DNA of 63,136 nt, the filler included, from Stramenopiles sp. TOSAG23-3 (Eukaryota), in assembly GCA_900128585.1 (NCBI GenBank). It is 6 parts of 6 records of this genome, joined end to end, with 100 filler letters (N's around TTAATTAATTAA, not from the genome) between each part and the next. Parts side by side here need not be neighbours in the genome. Positions count along the whole stretch, not along the records: positions 44,553 to 59,246 come from LT642549.1; 5 more parts are not named here. One strand, given 5' to 3'. The notes under the pieces were generated by a model, which saw only the letters and a list, made by a program, of their open reading frames with translations, was not told where the DNA came from and ran no database searches. This document shows positions 49,032 to 59,346 of the stretch, one piece after another. Both the position numbers and the translations under genes were made by a program. Every line of letters starts with the position of its first letter. Position 1 is the stretch's first letter.

Positions 49032-50339
49032 TCAGATTCGTTGCTTTATCATATCCGAACGCACCTTGTTCTTTACTTCATTTTGTTCCCTAAGTCGTTT
49101 ATCAACGGTCGCTTGTATTAATGTTTCGATCTTTTTTGAGTTTATGTGGTAACGCGGTGTCGGGTGCAGCGCATAAGAAACCTTTTTTTCAAGTGCCTTT
49201 TTCAACGCTTTGCGAACGCGATTCGCGTTTACATATGGTTCATACCTGTTGTTTGACAGGCTTTCTTTAACGCCATTGATCAAAGACGCTTCCATCTTCT
49301 CTGAGGCAGACGGTTGCTCTGTCGGCAACGAGCAGGGTCTATATTTTGTTTGGTTCCACTTCTTTCCAGAATCAAAGTTGTATTTACTGTATTTGTTTAC
49401 CGCGGATTTAATTACATTTTGAAGAGATTTGGGGAGCGCATGACCGTTTGGATCAAAATCCTCCGAGGAATCACCCTCATGCACTTGCAAGCATGGGGAA
49501 TGGTAAATGAGTTGCAATGCAAGATGCTCTGTGTCTCCAGCAATGTCTTTCCTCTCCGTCCATGGCATTAACTGGGCAACTGCCATTTTGCGCGCTTTTT
49601 TACTTTTAATGTGAAGCGCTTCGAACTTTCCTTCTGCCTCAGGGTTGTGAGCCGAGCGCGTCTCAAGAAACAATGTTGTTTTAGACAAAGGAAAATCGAG
49701 CACTTTCTTCACGTATTTGGAATTTTTGGCGGCCATCACGGTTTTCTGGACCAGTTCGTCCACTTTGGTCCTGTTTATCGCGCGTGATTGCTGCCTTGCC
49801 TCCATTTTCTCCCGAATTTGCTTCACCAATGATGTTTTGAGGGCGCTGCGAACGCGTTTTCTATCAACGTACGGCAAGAAAATAGGCCTATCTATGTTGC
49901 GTTTGACAGCTCTAATTATTAGAGCATGCAGCGAACGGACTGTAGAGTTCCCAGTCGGGGGACTCGCCCGTGTTTGATCCGGACACCTTCTATACTTTGT
50001 TTCATTCCAAACGCTCCCGTCGTCAAACATATACTGCTTGAACTTATTGTACGCCTTCTTTGCCACAGTCTGGAACAGTGGGCGTACATAATTTCCCTTC
50101 CCATCATCGTCAAAGGGCTCCAAGTCCAGTTGGTGGTCATCCAATTGAATACAAGGCCTTCTCGATTGGTCTTTAGCAAAAGCCTGCCCCTCACCACCAT
50201 TATCGTCGTTATCGTCGTCATCAAAAAATTCATAATCCCCCCTTTTTAAGTCATAGGCGAAAGACCCATTGCAACAAAGAGCCAAAAGCATCAGGTATGC
50301 AACGACGCGCCCTCCTCTGTTCTTTTGATTACCCCGCAT
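49032..50339 (-). CDS. Secreted protein made of two copies of an unrecognised domain of about 150 aa (435 aa)
   Basis: Signal peptide. PCIQL..FDDDG..AYNKFKQYMFDDGSVWNETKYRRC..LPYVDRKRVRSALK..INRTKVDELVQKTV aligns with PCLQV..FDPNG..AVNKYSKYNFDSGKKWNQTKYRPC..EPYVNANRVRKALK..INSKKIETLIQATV. Confidence 0.85.
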   Translation of the reverse strand: MRGNQKNRGGRVVAYLMLLALCCNGSFAYDLKRGDYEFFDDDDNDDNGGEGQAFAKDQSRRPCIQLDDHQLDLEPFDDDGKGNYVRPLFQTVAKKAYNKFKQYMFDDGSVWNETKYRRCPDQTRASPPTGNSTVRSLHALIIRAVKRNIDRPIFLPYVDRKRVRSALKTSLVKQIREKMEARQQSRAINRTKVDELVQKTVMAAKNSKYVKKVLDFPLSKTTLFLETRSAHNPEAEGKFEALHIKSKKARKMAVAQLMPWTERKDIAGDTEHLALQLIYHSPCLQVHEGDSSEDFDPNGHALPKSLQNVIKSAVNKYSKYNFDSGKKWNQTKYRPCSLPTEQPSASEKMEASLINGVKESLSNNRYEPYVNANRVRKALKKALEKKVSYALHPTPRYHINSKKIETLIQATVDKRLREQNEVKNKVRSDMIKQRI

Positions 50340-51018
50340 GCTCGCTCAGGTCTTAGCCCAGCATGAAAATTCTGAAATAACCCGAACGTTTTATAATGTT
50401 TTTTGATCCTTTAAATCGATATTTAAAGAGGGGTAGGAATTGTAAAATCACATCTGGTACCTCTTCTTTTTCCCCGAATTCTCAATAATAAATAGAGTAT
50501 ATTATTAATCAGTAAAATAAGACAATATGAGAAAAGAACGAAAAGAAGAAAGAAATATGAAAAGAAAAATATGAATGAATGAAGTAGTTTCAGTATAGGT
50601 TGTAATGAACTGCCTTGTTTGTGCCCACCAACGCCCCTCCCCCCCCCTCTTTTCCTCCGTCCTGTCGTCAGAGTGTTCTCCTTCGTTGTTGTGGGTGTTC
50701 TTGTGTTCGTTTGCTTTTTGCTTCCTATTATATGAATAGCGCTGTGGTGATGATGATGATGGTTTGTTGAGAATAATAATAATAAAATAAAATAATTTAA
50801 AAAAAAAAAAAGATTTTTTCTTGATGATTATTTTTTCTCGTACGTCGAATTTTCACTAATACTACAGTATATTATAGTATTGAAAAAATAAATTGAAAGA
50901 GTAGTGTGCGAAGAGAGAAGAAGGGATAGATTTAACGAGCGTGATTGCTTCGTATACGGAGAGGGCAAACGTGTTGAACCCATTAAACCGTTCGGTTCTA
51001 CGTCTTTGCGGTTGAAGA

Positions 51019-52059
51019 ATGTCACGTGCTCGTTTGCGAATGGGTAGGACGGAGTCTTCCTCGTCGACGAAAAGGTATGTGATTGTTGTCGGCTGCAGTG
51101 GGGCTATAGGTCAGCGGCTCGTTCGTGGTTTGTTGCAACGAGGGTACGCTGTGGTCGCTCCGTTGCATAGAACGCCTTTGCCAGATGATCTAGCCGGTAA
51201 AAAGCATGTTCATCAAGAGTTTGGTTTTGATATTCGATCCCTTGAAAAAGTCGATCAGCTTTTCAGAAAGTATGCTGGAGATGTGTGTTGTGTTTGGAAC
51301 TTGGCGGCACCTCTGTCCGTGCAGTCCGAAAGAGACCCTAGCTACGCGGAGGACATTACGGTTAAAGGGATGGAGCGCATTCTTGCTTGCATGACTAAGT
51401 ATGGTGTGAAGAAGATATGTTTTAGCGATAGCATAGGCAGCTTTGGAGAATCTTCCCCTCGGGAAAATTGCCCTGGCAAGTGGTTGGTTGAAAACCCTAA
51501 ACAAGATCCAGGGAGTACTTACGGCCGACAAAAACGAAGCTGCCGCGAACTCTTAAACTCGTTTTCTAGGAGGGTTGATGGCGGAGACACTCGTTGGGCG
51601 ATAATTCCTGGCGTGCTACATGATAATAAAGAGTGGGGGGCAGGAACAACGGAGTATGCGTTGGCGGCGATAAAGTCTGCCGTCCAAGGCATCCCATTCA
51701 AATGCCCCGTTCCAGTAGAGAAGGATCTCCCTATGATATATTCGGACGATCTCGTGAAAGGTTTAATGGCCTTGATGGAAGCACCGCGCGGGGATTTAAA
51801 AGAACCAGAGAACGGTTATTCAATATGCGGGTTCAGCTTTAGCGCAAAGCGCCTTTTTCAAGAATTGAAGAACAAATACTACCCGAACTTCCGGTGGACC
51901 CTGCAGTTGGATGAACAGGGAGCCGCTTTGTTTGCTGACGCTTGGCCATGTTCATTATCAAAAATAGAGGCCCAGCGGGATTTGCTATTTGAAAGTAGGA
52001 TCCACTTTGCCGAAACTATAAAGAGGATAGTCGATGCGCACGCCCGCATGTTTCAGTGA
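51019..52059 (+). CDS. TDH: L-threonine 3-dehydrogenase, extended-SDR (GalE-like) type
   Basis: GCSGAIG Rossmann motif, NLAAPLS, SDSIGSFG, YGRQK (YxxxK), GAGTTEYA (TDH GGGTTDYA), LPMIYSDD and FADAWP. The Arg/Ser-rich N-terminus may be a mitochondrial presequence. Confidence 0.85.
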   Translation: MSRARLRMGRTESSSSTKRYVIVVGCSGAIGQRLVRGLLQRGYAVVAPLHRTPLPDDLAGKKHVHQEFGFDIRSLEKVDQLFRKYAGDVCCVWNLAAPLSVQSERDPSYAEDITVKGMERILACMTKYGVKKICFSDSIGSFGESSPRENCPGKWLVENPKQDPGSTYGRQKRSCRELLNSFSRRVDGGDTRWAIIPGVLHDNKEWGAGTTEYALAAIKSAVQGIPFKCPVPVEKDLPMIYSDDLVKGLMALMEAPRGDLKEPENGYSICGFSFSAKRLFQELKNKYYPNFRWTLQLDEQGAALFADAWPCSLSKIEAQRDLLFESRIHFAETIKRIVDAHARMFQ

Positions 52060-52143
52060 TAATTTTTTTTCGCGCCCACAGGCAAAGTTTGTACTAAGTA
52101 CAATATATTCTCTTATATTATTAATATTCATATGTTCTTTGTT

Positions 52144-52295
52144 AAATAAGAAAATTGGCTGTCGCCAAATTATTATTATGTTGTTTTATAAGACTCTCAT
52201 TTTATTAAATCAATTATTATTACTATTTCAGTTCCAACCCTAATCCTATCTTGATGGTTTTAGGCTGTTATTTTATATAGTAATAATTAAAATTA
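52144..52295 (-). mobile_element. Old degenerate T-tailed element fragments
   Basis: AAATAAGAAAATTGGCTGT, ACCCTAATCCTATCTTGAT and GGCTGTTATTTT...GTAATAATTAAAATTAA lie downstream of the TDH stop. Confidence 0.55.
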
Positions 52296-52496
52296 AATAA
52301 TCATCTTAAGATAAGATCCTTTTTGTGTATGATATCTTTTTTGTTTTCATTTCGTATGATTCGTTAATAATAAGGGAGTACGATTGACTTTAACTTTATT
52401 TTATAAAAATTTATTAAAAAAGATTTAAAAAGTTTACCACCACGAGCAGGCAGACGACCAGCAAAATCGAAGAAGATTCTTCTTCTTCCTCCTTCC

Positions 52497-54434
52497 CTAC
52501 CGCTCGCTACCGCTGTCGCTCATCTCCGACTTTTTCTTACTTGAAGCCCTCAATTTATTGAGCAAACGCGATGGTTTCTTCGGGGTCTCCGACCTGCGTT
52601 CAGGGGAAAGTCCGCGCCTCGAGCCACCATCACGGGAAGTCCGAAGCTTGGAGTACAAGCTGGACAGTCGTTCGTTTCCGCCAGAGCGGGCCTTGCCCAT
52701 GACCGATTTTAAATTCACCGAACGGTTCATTTGTAAGCTGTCTAAGATATCGTTTACCCCCCGGGACTTCTTCACCTTCACCTGGGGCGCGCTTGCGCTG
52801 CCAGCCTTGGGCAGTATCGTTGGGGCGCGTTCTTTGTGTTGCATGACAACGTGGACGCGCACCCGTATGTCACCCGACGTTTCACTAGAAAACCCATACT
52901 TGTTGAGGAACGGGCCTCGCTCGCTGGGCTTTGGCAAACCTATGTAGTTCACTGGGTCGGAAAGATGCCTCGAGCCACCAAGGAAGAAGTCTTCCATTCG
53001 CTGACGGATGCTACCGTGCGGCTTCCAAGTCTTCAGGGTCAAATCGTACGACCCTGCTCGCCTCGGAATCGTCATGTAGCCGTAGCCTTGGTTGTAATGC
53101 CGACCCCAGGACCCGGCCGCCCCAACTTCAAAAAATATTTTGGGCCAGTTGTGGATCCGTTCGGCATCGTGGTGAACGCTCGACACTAAATGTATATCTA
53201 AGGGGTGGGAGAAATTGGCAGTCGGGCAAATGAGGCTATCCTTTGGCGTCTTCCCGGTCGAGTTGTACGAGCACGTGGAAATTTGAGTGCTCCCGGAGCT
53301 GCACCGTGCGATGTCGCCCTCCGAAAGCTCTGGGCTCCACTTCCACCCTACCTGGGGAATTGCCACTTGGTACTGCACGTACAGCGAGTCCTCTTCAAAT
53401 CTCGTCGCAGAGACAATCTCAACGAAGGCCGACAGCGCGACGTCCGTTTCCTCAAAGACGGCCCGGGGAAAGCGCGTGCCCTGACGGTTTCTGAACTCCC
53501 CCACTTTCAGAACATCCGCGGCGATGTCTTGCTCCTCGACTTCCTCCGCCGCGATCTCGTCTTTCGCGGCCGCGGCGTTTGCGAGCGTGTACTCGTAAAT
53601 GGCACCGCTGTTCGTCCGGAATTGGTACGTTCCCCTGCCTCGAATGTCCCCGTTGTTTGTCGAGATATCCCCCATTGGGTTGGTCAATGACCCCCCGCTT
53701 CCAAACTCTTCGTATTTGAACGGTGGTTTCGTTTCTATTAAACCAGTCTTTTCGTTCATTTTTATGGAGCACAATACTATTTCTTTCCCCTCGAATTTGG
53801 GCTTCGTTCCCGACAAATCCGCTTCGCTCAAGTCGACCGTTGCCATAATGTGCATGGTGGTGAACTGCAGCTCCCGTTTGAGCCGAGACTTCGTTGCCGT
53901 CTGCCGCTGGTGCCCAGTCCGCGCACTAATCATGACGACGGACTTTCCAAGTTCTGTCATACCGCTGTGGGACGTTGTGATCTGTTTCTTCTCTTCCTTC
54001 GGGACGTACCCATCTTTGTCAACTTTGCTCGACAAAGTCACCCCGGCCTCGGGCTTGACGTCCACGTTGTCGTTCTTGAGGCGCACCAACTGTCTATGGT
54101 AACCCCCTTCGATGCGGCTCCAACGACTTTTAATTTTAGACTCAGGGCGATAGTTCCACAGCTCCCTCGGCGAGAACTTTTTCTCTTGCCAACCGAACGT
54201 ATACGTCCGCATCTTGCCTAACTCTGGGTCCTGTACTGTATCGGAGCTGTCTTCGTTCTCCTCGTCGCCTTTCTTTCCTTTCTTTCCTTTGTGTTTCTTC
54301 TTCTTCTTCTCGTTCATGATCGACTTGCTCTTAAAAGCATCGCTGGACCGAACTTTCTTGATCGTAACCTTTACCCCAAAATTATGGATGGGGTCGACTG
54401 GGCGCGCATACGCCGGTTTGTGCGTCAGCATCAT
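52497..54434 (-). CDS. MKS1: Meckel syndrome type 1 protein (ciliary transition zone, B9-C2 domain)
   Basis: Motifs DPIHNFGVKV, FGWQEKKFS and TMHIMA. B9 domain: EIVSATRFEEDSLYVQY..SGSTQ..ANFSHP..WPKIFFEV..WGRHYNQGYG..TWKP..FFLGGS..NKYGFSSETSGDIRVR. The start is taken at the first ATG. Confidence 0.9.
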   Translation of the reverse strand: MMLTHKPAYARPVDPIHNFGVKVTIKKVRSSDAFKSKSIMNEKKKKKHKGKKGKKGDEENEDSSDTVQDPELGKMRTYTFGWQEKKFSPRELWNYRPESKIKSRWSRIEGGYHRQLVRLKNDNVDVKPEAGVTLSSKVDKDGYVPKEEKKQITTSHSGMTELGKSVVMISARTGHQRQTATKSRLKRELQFTTMHIMATVDLSEADLSGTKPKFEGKEIVLCSIKMNEKTGLIETKPPFKYEEFGSGGSLTNPMGDISTNNGDIRGRGTYQFRTNSGAIYEYTLANAAAAKDEIAAEEVEEQDIAADVLKVGEFRNRQGTRFPRAVFEETDVALSAFVEIVSATRFEEDSLYVQYQVAIPQVGWKWSPELSEGDIARCSSGSTQISTCSYNSTGKTPKDSLICPTANFSHPLDIHLVSSVHHDAERIHNWPKIFFEVGAAGSWGRHYNQGYGYMTIPRRAGSYDLTLKTWKPHGSIRQRMEDFFLGGSRHLSDPVNYIGLPKPSERGPFLNKYGFSSETSGDIRVRVHVVMQHKERAPTILPKAGSASAPQVKVKKSRGVNDILDSLQMNRSVNLKSVMGKARSGGNERLSSLYSKLRTSRDGGSRRGLSPERRSETPKKPSRLLNKLRASSKKKSEMSDSGSER

Positions 54435-55104
54435 AGTTGCAACGAGGCGAGGCGGCAGGCCGGTGTACGCACTTCCCAAACACAAGCGAGACCAGTAGCG
54501 AGCGAGCTCCCTTTCTTTTCGATCAAGTCGCCCTGTTGCTTACAACAAAGAAACCCAGGAAACGTTTCCAACACAATCAATAAAACACAACGTCTCCCTC
54601 TCTCTCTCTCACACACACGTACCCAATGATTCTTAAAATGTACAATAATAATACCACCACTTTAAACCTGTTTCATGTTTCAAATTTAAATTGTTTGTTT
54701 GTGTTGTTGTACATATGTTCCTCCTCCAACTACATTTTATTATTATATTATTATATTTTTTATTGTTTACTGTATTTCTATTATTTATTATTTCTATTTT
54801 ATTATTCATTCCATACTACTGTACTGTTATAATAGTAGTTGGCACTCTGTAGTAAAAGTATTATTATTATTTATTTTTTTTTGAAATTCTTCTTCTACAG
54901 GTAGTACTGTAGTTAAAATATTATTATTACATTATATTTTTAAAATAGACGTAGTAGCAGAGGATAGTAAGTAAAATAAGAGGAAGTTTGAATTTTTCAG
55001 ATAGGTTAAGTCGTGTAGAGAAGAGCGTATACTTTAAGTCTACTTATAATACAATCGTAGTAATGAAGGCGATAATGTACAATTTAAATAGTCGTTCTAG
55101 CTAA

Positions 55105-55156
55105 CCAGAGGGGACCAGGGGAACCAGGGGACCAGGGGACCAGAGAGGGGGGGACC
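55105..55156 (+). repeat. G-rich CCAGGGGA repeat, potential G-quadruplex
   Basis: G tracts at 55110-13, 55118-21, 55127-30, 55135-38 and 55147-53, in otherwise very AT-rich DNA. Confidence 0.7.
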
Positions 55157-55880
55157 TATCTATTTATACTTGGTATTACAATGAACACTAACCTGATTCT
55201 ATTTATAATCCAAATTATTGATTTTTTGAATATTTAATATTTATTCTATTTTCGGTTCCTACTATTTATATATTATATGCTATTGTAATGTTAAATAAAA
55301 AATGTTATTAATGTTATATTTAGGGTTTTAGACAAGATCAGCTAACGGCCAGGACAGGCCAGGCACCAGGCAGGCGTTTCGCTGTTTTTTCTGTCGACAC
55401 AGGATCACAGGATGGATTATGTAACGTAACGAACACTTGTATCTCTATCCTATTTATTAATGAATTTAAATAATAATTTATATAAATAAGTATAGATATA
55501 AATACATAACATAACTAAATGAATTTATCATATATCCTATACATTATGTGATTTACTTCCGTTGCACGGCGGTGCTTTCTTGTTTTTAGTAGTGGATGGT
55601 GTGTTGGGTTTTTTTGTTCTTCATCTTCTTCTTTTCGCGCATATAATAATAATAATTAATAATTTTATTATACGCGCGTAATTAATATATTGTAATACTA
55701 CATTATTATATCAATTACATAGACGTGGTTAAAATACATCCCATGCATGATATAAGGCATTAATCTAGTCTTTCGTTACTATTTGAAGAGAGTCTGAGTG
55801 ATGCTGAGTAGTTTTTCATAATTCGTTGAGGAAATTGTAAATTAAAATCAACCGGTACATTCTGCTGGAGTAAAGTAAGA

Positions 55881-56804
55881 ATGGCGGGCAACAACGGTGA
55901 TATCCTACGACCAGCAGCGGACCCGCTGCAGTTGACAATGGGTAACGCTCACAACTACGAGCACTTGGGACAACCGGCGGTGTGGCCGGAAGCATACGTT
56001 GATAACAACCCTGAAAAATTCGAAGGGGGCGATAATTCATGGGTACAAATGCCCCAGGAGGCTGAGAAAGGGGCAGGGAAGAAACCATTTAACGCGCAGC
56101 ACGAGTACCTAAATAATGATTACTTGAAACGCAAGCCGACGGAGCAGTTCAAGACGAAGCAGGGGCTCTCCGAAACTACGTTTCACAACGGTTTCTACCG
56201 TAGGCCAGCACACAAGATTCAAATTTTTGAGGAAGGAAAGTTCGAAAAAGAAGCAGCTCGGATGCAGCTTCGAGAGAAAAGGACAGACTTTCGTAGAGAA
56301 GAGCTGCGGGCCAAATATTGTAGACGGGGGGCCTCGAACGGGATCTTGACGGGGAACTACGACGACGCAGCGAGTCACCGCGCCCGTGGACGCCGCAACT
56401 TTCGCAACGTTTTGTCGAAGGAAACCCAAATTGAGGGGCAAATAAAATTAAGGCAGTCTAGTAGTCGGTTTCATATGCCATACAGTGATTGGAACTATGA
56501 CAACCGCCGCAAAAACTTGGGAAATGAAGGTGTATTGGCAGCCCGCAAATCGTCTGAGTTAGGAATTGGCCGTGGGGACCTTCCGTCCAATGGAACTGCC
56601 GACAACTTTAGTAAATCATACTATTTGAAACAGGCAAGGGACGAGGCAAAAGGTCAGTACGTTCCATCGTTACGATATACACAGCGTTCCGCAAACGCCG
56701 GTGGAAACAGTAGGGGGGGCACTGCACGAAGTAGAAATGCAAGTAGTAGACAAGCGACGGCAAGGCAGCAGGAGATTGCGGCAGTGAGTGCCCTGCCGAA
56801 ATAA
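55881..56804 (+). CDS. Hypothetical hydrophilic, basic protein (307 aa)
   Basis: GC-rich ORF bounded by AT-rich spacers; no domain recognised. Confidence 0.75.
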   Translation: MAGNNGDILRPAADPLQLTMGNAHNYEHLGQPAVWPEAYVDNNPEKFEGGDNSWVQMPQEAEKGAGKKPFNAQHEYLNNDYLKRKPTEQFKTKQGLSETTFHNGFYRRPAHKIQIFEEGKFEKEAARMQLREKRTDFRREELRAKYCRRGASNGILTGNYDDAASHRARGRRNFRNVLSKETQIEGQIKLRQSSSRFHMPYSDWNYDNRRKNLGNEGVLAARKSSELGIGRGDLPSNGTADNFSKSYYLKQARDEAKGQYVPSLRYTQRSANAGGNSRGGTARSRNASSRQATARQQEIAAVSALPK

Positions 56805-56959
56805 ATTAAACCTTAGGCGCTCTATTTTGCGTGTCTTGCAGAAAAAAAACAACGCACACGTAATTCGTAATTCTTACTAAAATGGACCACATAAGATATC
56901 AATTACAATATATTATATATAGGCATGCTTTCATACATTTCATATACTATCTCCGTACT

Positions 56960-58429
56960 TTAGGCCCTGCTTTTGACAATGAAGAAGGGAACGTTCAGCG
57001 CATCCCCAATCTTACCCCCCATAGACATACAGAAGTGAAGGTGGGAAAGGATCGCCGCAATCGACAAGCAGCGGACCGTCAATATCATGTTGGCGGGGTC
57101 GGAATAGTGAAGGGCAAGGCCAATCGCGACCATCCACAGGAATGCACGGTGGCGGTAGAACCGATGAAATGGGATGCGAGTCACCCGGATAACAAGAAAG
57201 TGATTGCAAAAGTCACCGTAACTTGCCGCCCACGCCAAAAACCACGGCAGCAGCAACGAGGTGAAATATTCTTCCCCACTGTGGGCCATGAGTTCATGCC
57301 AGCTCCACATTCCAATGCAATTCCATACCAAGAACGAGAGGGCTTGGTTCCAGAAACTCTTAAGCCCCTTTCCGACTGCGTATTGATCGTTCTTACCATC
57401 ACTCCAATACATTGAGTAACAACGAATGAGATCGAACAGTGCATTTTTCCACGTGGAGTAGATTGCACCGGCGACCAGCAACCATCGTACTTGAACCCCG
57501 TCGGCTGTGACAGCTTGGACGTCGACGCCGTGGGAAAAAGACTCTAGTCCGACGGCTGTGAGCCCGTCCAACAACTTGCTGGAGAAAAATTCCGGCACGG
57601 GGACGCGCGTCTCCAAAATCACTCGACCAGAAGTCTCGTATACCGTGTTCCACACGAAAACAAAGAAAAGCATTACCTGCCCCACCACTTGGGCTTCTTG
57701 AGCATCCAATTGAGAAAACGCTTGGGAACCTTTGTGCAAGAGTGTGGTGTTGCTGCATATGAACGCCATCTGTGCTCCAATGATGAGCAGTGGAAAATAC
57801 ATCGAGTCCATCCCAACGCCCGTCAACTCGGCCATGGACAGCGAAAACAGGCAAGATATGATGGCGTCTGCACCGTGGTCCACCAGCTCTCCCAATGCAG
57901 ACCCGCACTTTAAACGCCTAGCCTGCGGCCCGTCCGAGCCGTCGGCGCTCTGGTAAATAAACTGGCACACGCAAGCCAGCAATAGGAACCAGTTCGGGGT
58001 TTCTCCGTTTCCAATTAAGTAGCCGTTGTACATGGCAACGAAGAGCGGGCAAACGAAGGCTGCAAAACCCGTCAATGTGATAACATTGGGAGCTAGCCAC
58101 TTGGGGTATTGCGTAGCGAGCCAGTTCCAGTACTTGATCAGGAACAGTCGCTCCAATATCGTCGTCGTCGGGCTTACATATTTGTAGTCTTGCACCGCCG
58201 ATTTCAGATTCTTTTCATCTATGTAAGACGTGGTGAACTGAAACAAGGGTATGTTACTTTGCGTTGTAGATATTACAGTGTACCGATCCGTTTTTTTTGC
58301 GACCACCTTCTTCTTCTGGACACTGTCCGATCGCTTCTGGGCATTTTTTCTCTTCGAGGAGCTAGGAGTGCTCGACCTAGACTTCCTTGCAGGCGTCTTC
58401 CTCTTCACAGAAGTTGAACGACGAGGCAT
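56960..58429 (-). CDS. Choline/ethanolamine phosphotransferase (CEPT1/EPT1 family)
   Basis: DYKY, YWNWLA..PKWLAPNVITLTG, the CDP-alcohol motif DGSDGPQARRLKCGSALGELVDHGAD, multiple TM helices and C-terminal IGDALNVPFF. The ATG is at 58429. Confidence 0.9.
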   Translation of the reverse strand: MPRRSTSVKRKTPARKSRSSTPSSSKRKNAQKRSDSVQKKKVVAKKTDRYTVISTTQSNIPLFQFTTSYIDEKNLKSAVQDYKYVSPTTTILERLFLIKYWNWLATQYPKWLAPNVITLTGFAAFVCPLFVAMYNGYLIGNGETPNWFLLLACVCQFIYQSADGSDGPQARRLKCGSALGELVDHGADAIISCLFSLSMAELTGVGMDSMYFPLLIIGAQMAFICSNTTLLHKGSQAFSQLDAQEAQVVGQVMLFFVFVWNTVYETSGRVILETRVPVPEFFSSKLLDGLTAVGLESFSHGVDVQAVTADGVQVRWLLVAGAIYSTWKNALFDLIRCYSMYWSDGKNDQYAVGKGLKSFWNQALSFLVWNCIGMWSWHELMAHSGEEYFTSLLLPWFLAWAASYGDFCNHFLVIRVTRIPFHRFYRHRAFLWMVAIGLALHYSDPANMILTVRCLSIAAILSHLHFCMSMGGKIGDALNVPFFIVKSRA

Positions 58430-59246
58430 TGTTGCTACGTCTAGTGTGTGTGTTCGTTTGGTTTGACAATTTTTTGTACCGATGTTCAGGGAGAACAAAT
58501 TTTAGTTTAAATCTCTATGGTTTTTACATATCGATCTATGTTTGCTTTCCATAAAAATTGTTTGATGACTATTGCCTCTTACCGCTGATTTAGTAGAGTA
58601 CGAAACTGCTGCATTTTTTTAATATATTATATACTACTAGCTACAAACTACTCGCTCAACAATAATAATAAATAATATAACGACGACGACGTTCATCATT
58701 ATCATAGACTATTATTTCGTAAATACAAGAACACAACAAGGACGACTAAAAAAAATAATTACACCTCCTCCTCCTCCTCCCTCCTCCTCGCTTTTTTTTT
58801 GTCATCTACGAGGAACGAGGAGAGGCTATTAAACAACTAGACTATTAACCACAGTACGAAAGGAAATATTTGTACCAGGTTCCTGTACCTTTACGTTACA
58901 TACGTACCACACAATTGTAATTTATCTTCCTCAAAACTCCTTCCTCCTCCTCCTCCTTTTAATCGATTCCGATGCTATGTAGATGTTAATCGCAACGTTC
59001 TTTTAATTTTTAGAAAGCTCCTTCCTCCCTTCCCTTCAGTCCCTTCAGTCCCTTCAGGCCTCAGTGTCGTCGAGGAGTTTATCTTCTGACTTCATTTCGG
59101 AAGGAGGAGGAGAGGAGGGAGAGTGAATGAATGAATGAAATCACGAAGAAGAAATAATAAATAGTGTCAGCATGGCAGCAAGCACGGCAGCCTTCCTTAA
59201 TATTTCTTTTTTTTCTTCTTCATCAATCATCAACAACAATAATAAT

Positions 59247-59346
59247 NNNNNNNNNNNNNNNNNNNNNNNNNNNNNNNNNNNNNNNNNNNNTTAATTAATT
59301 AANNNNNNNNNNNNNNNNNNNNNNNNNNNNNNNNNNNNNNNNNNNN
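59247..59346. other. Artificial contig-joining spacer
   Basis: N44-TTAATTAATTAA-N44. Confidence 0.97.

Noticed and set aside
59030-59065. 9-bp tandem TCCCTTCAG x3
   Set aside because: An ordinary minisatellite with no other support.
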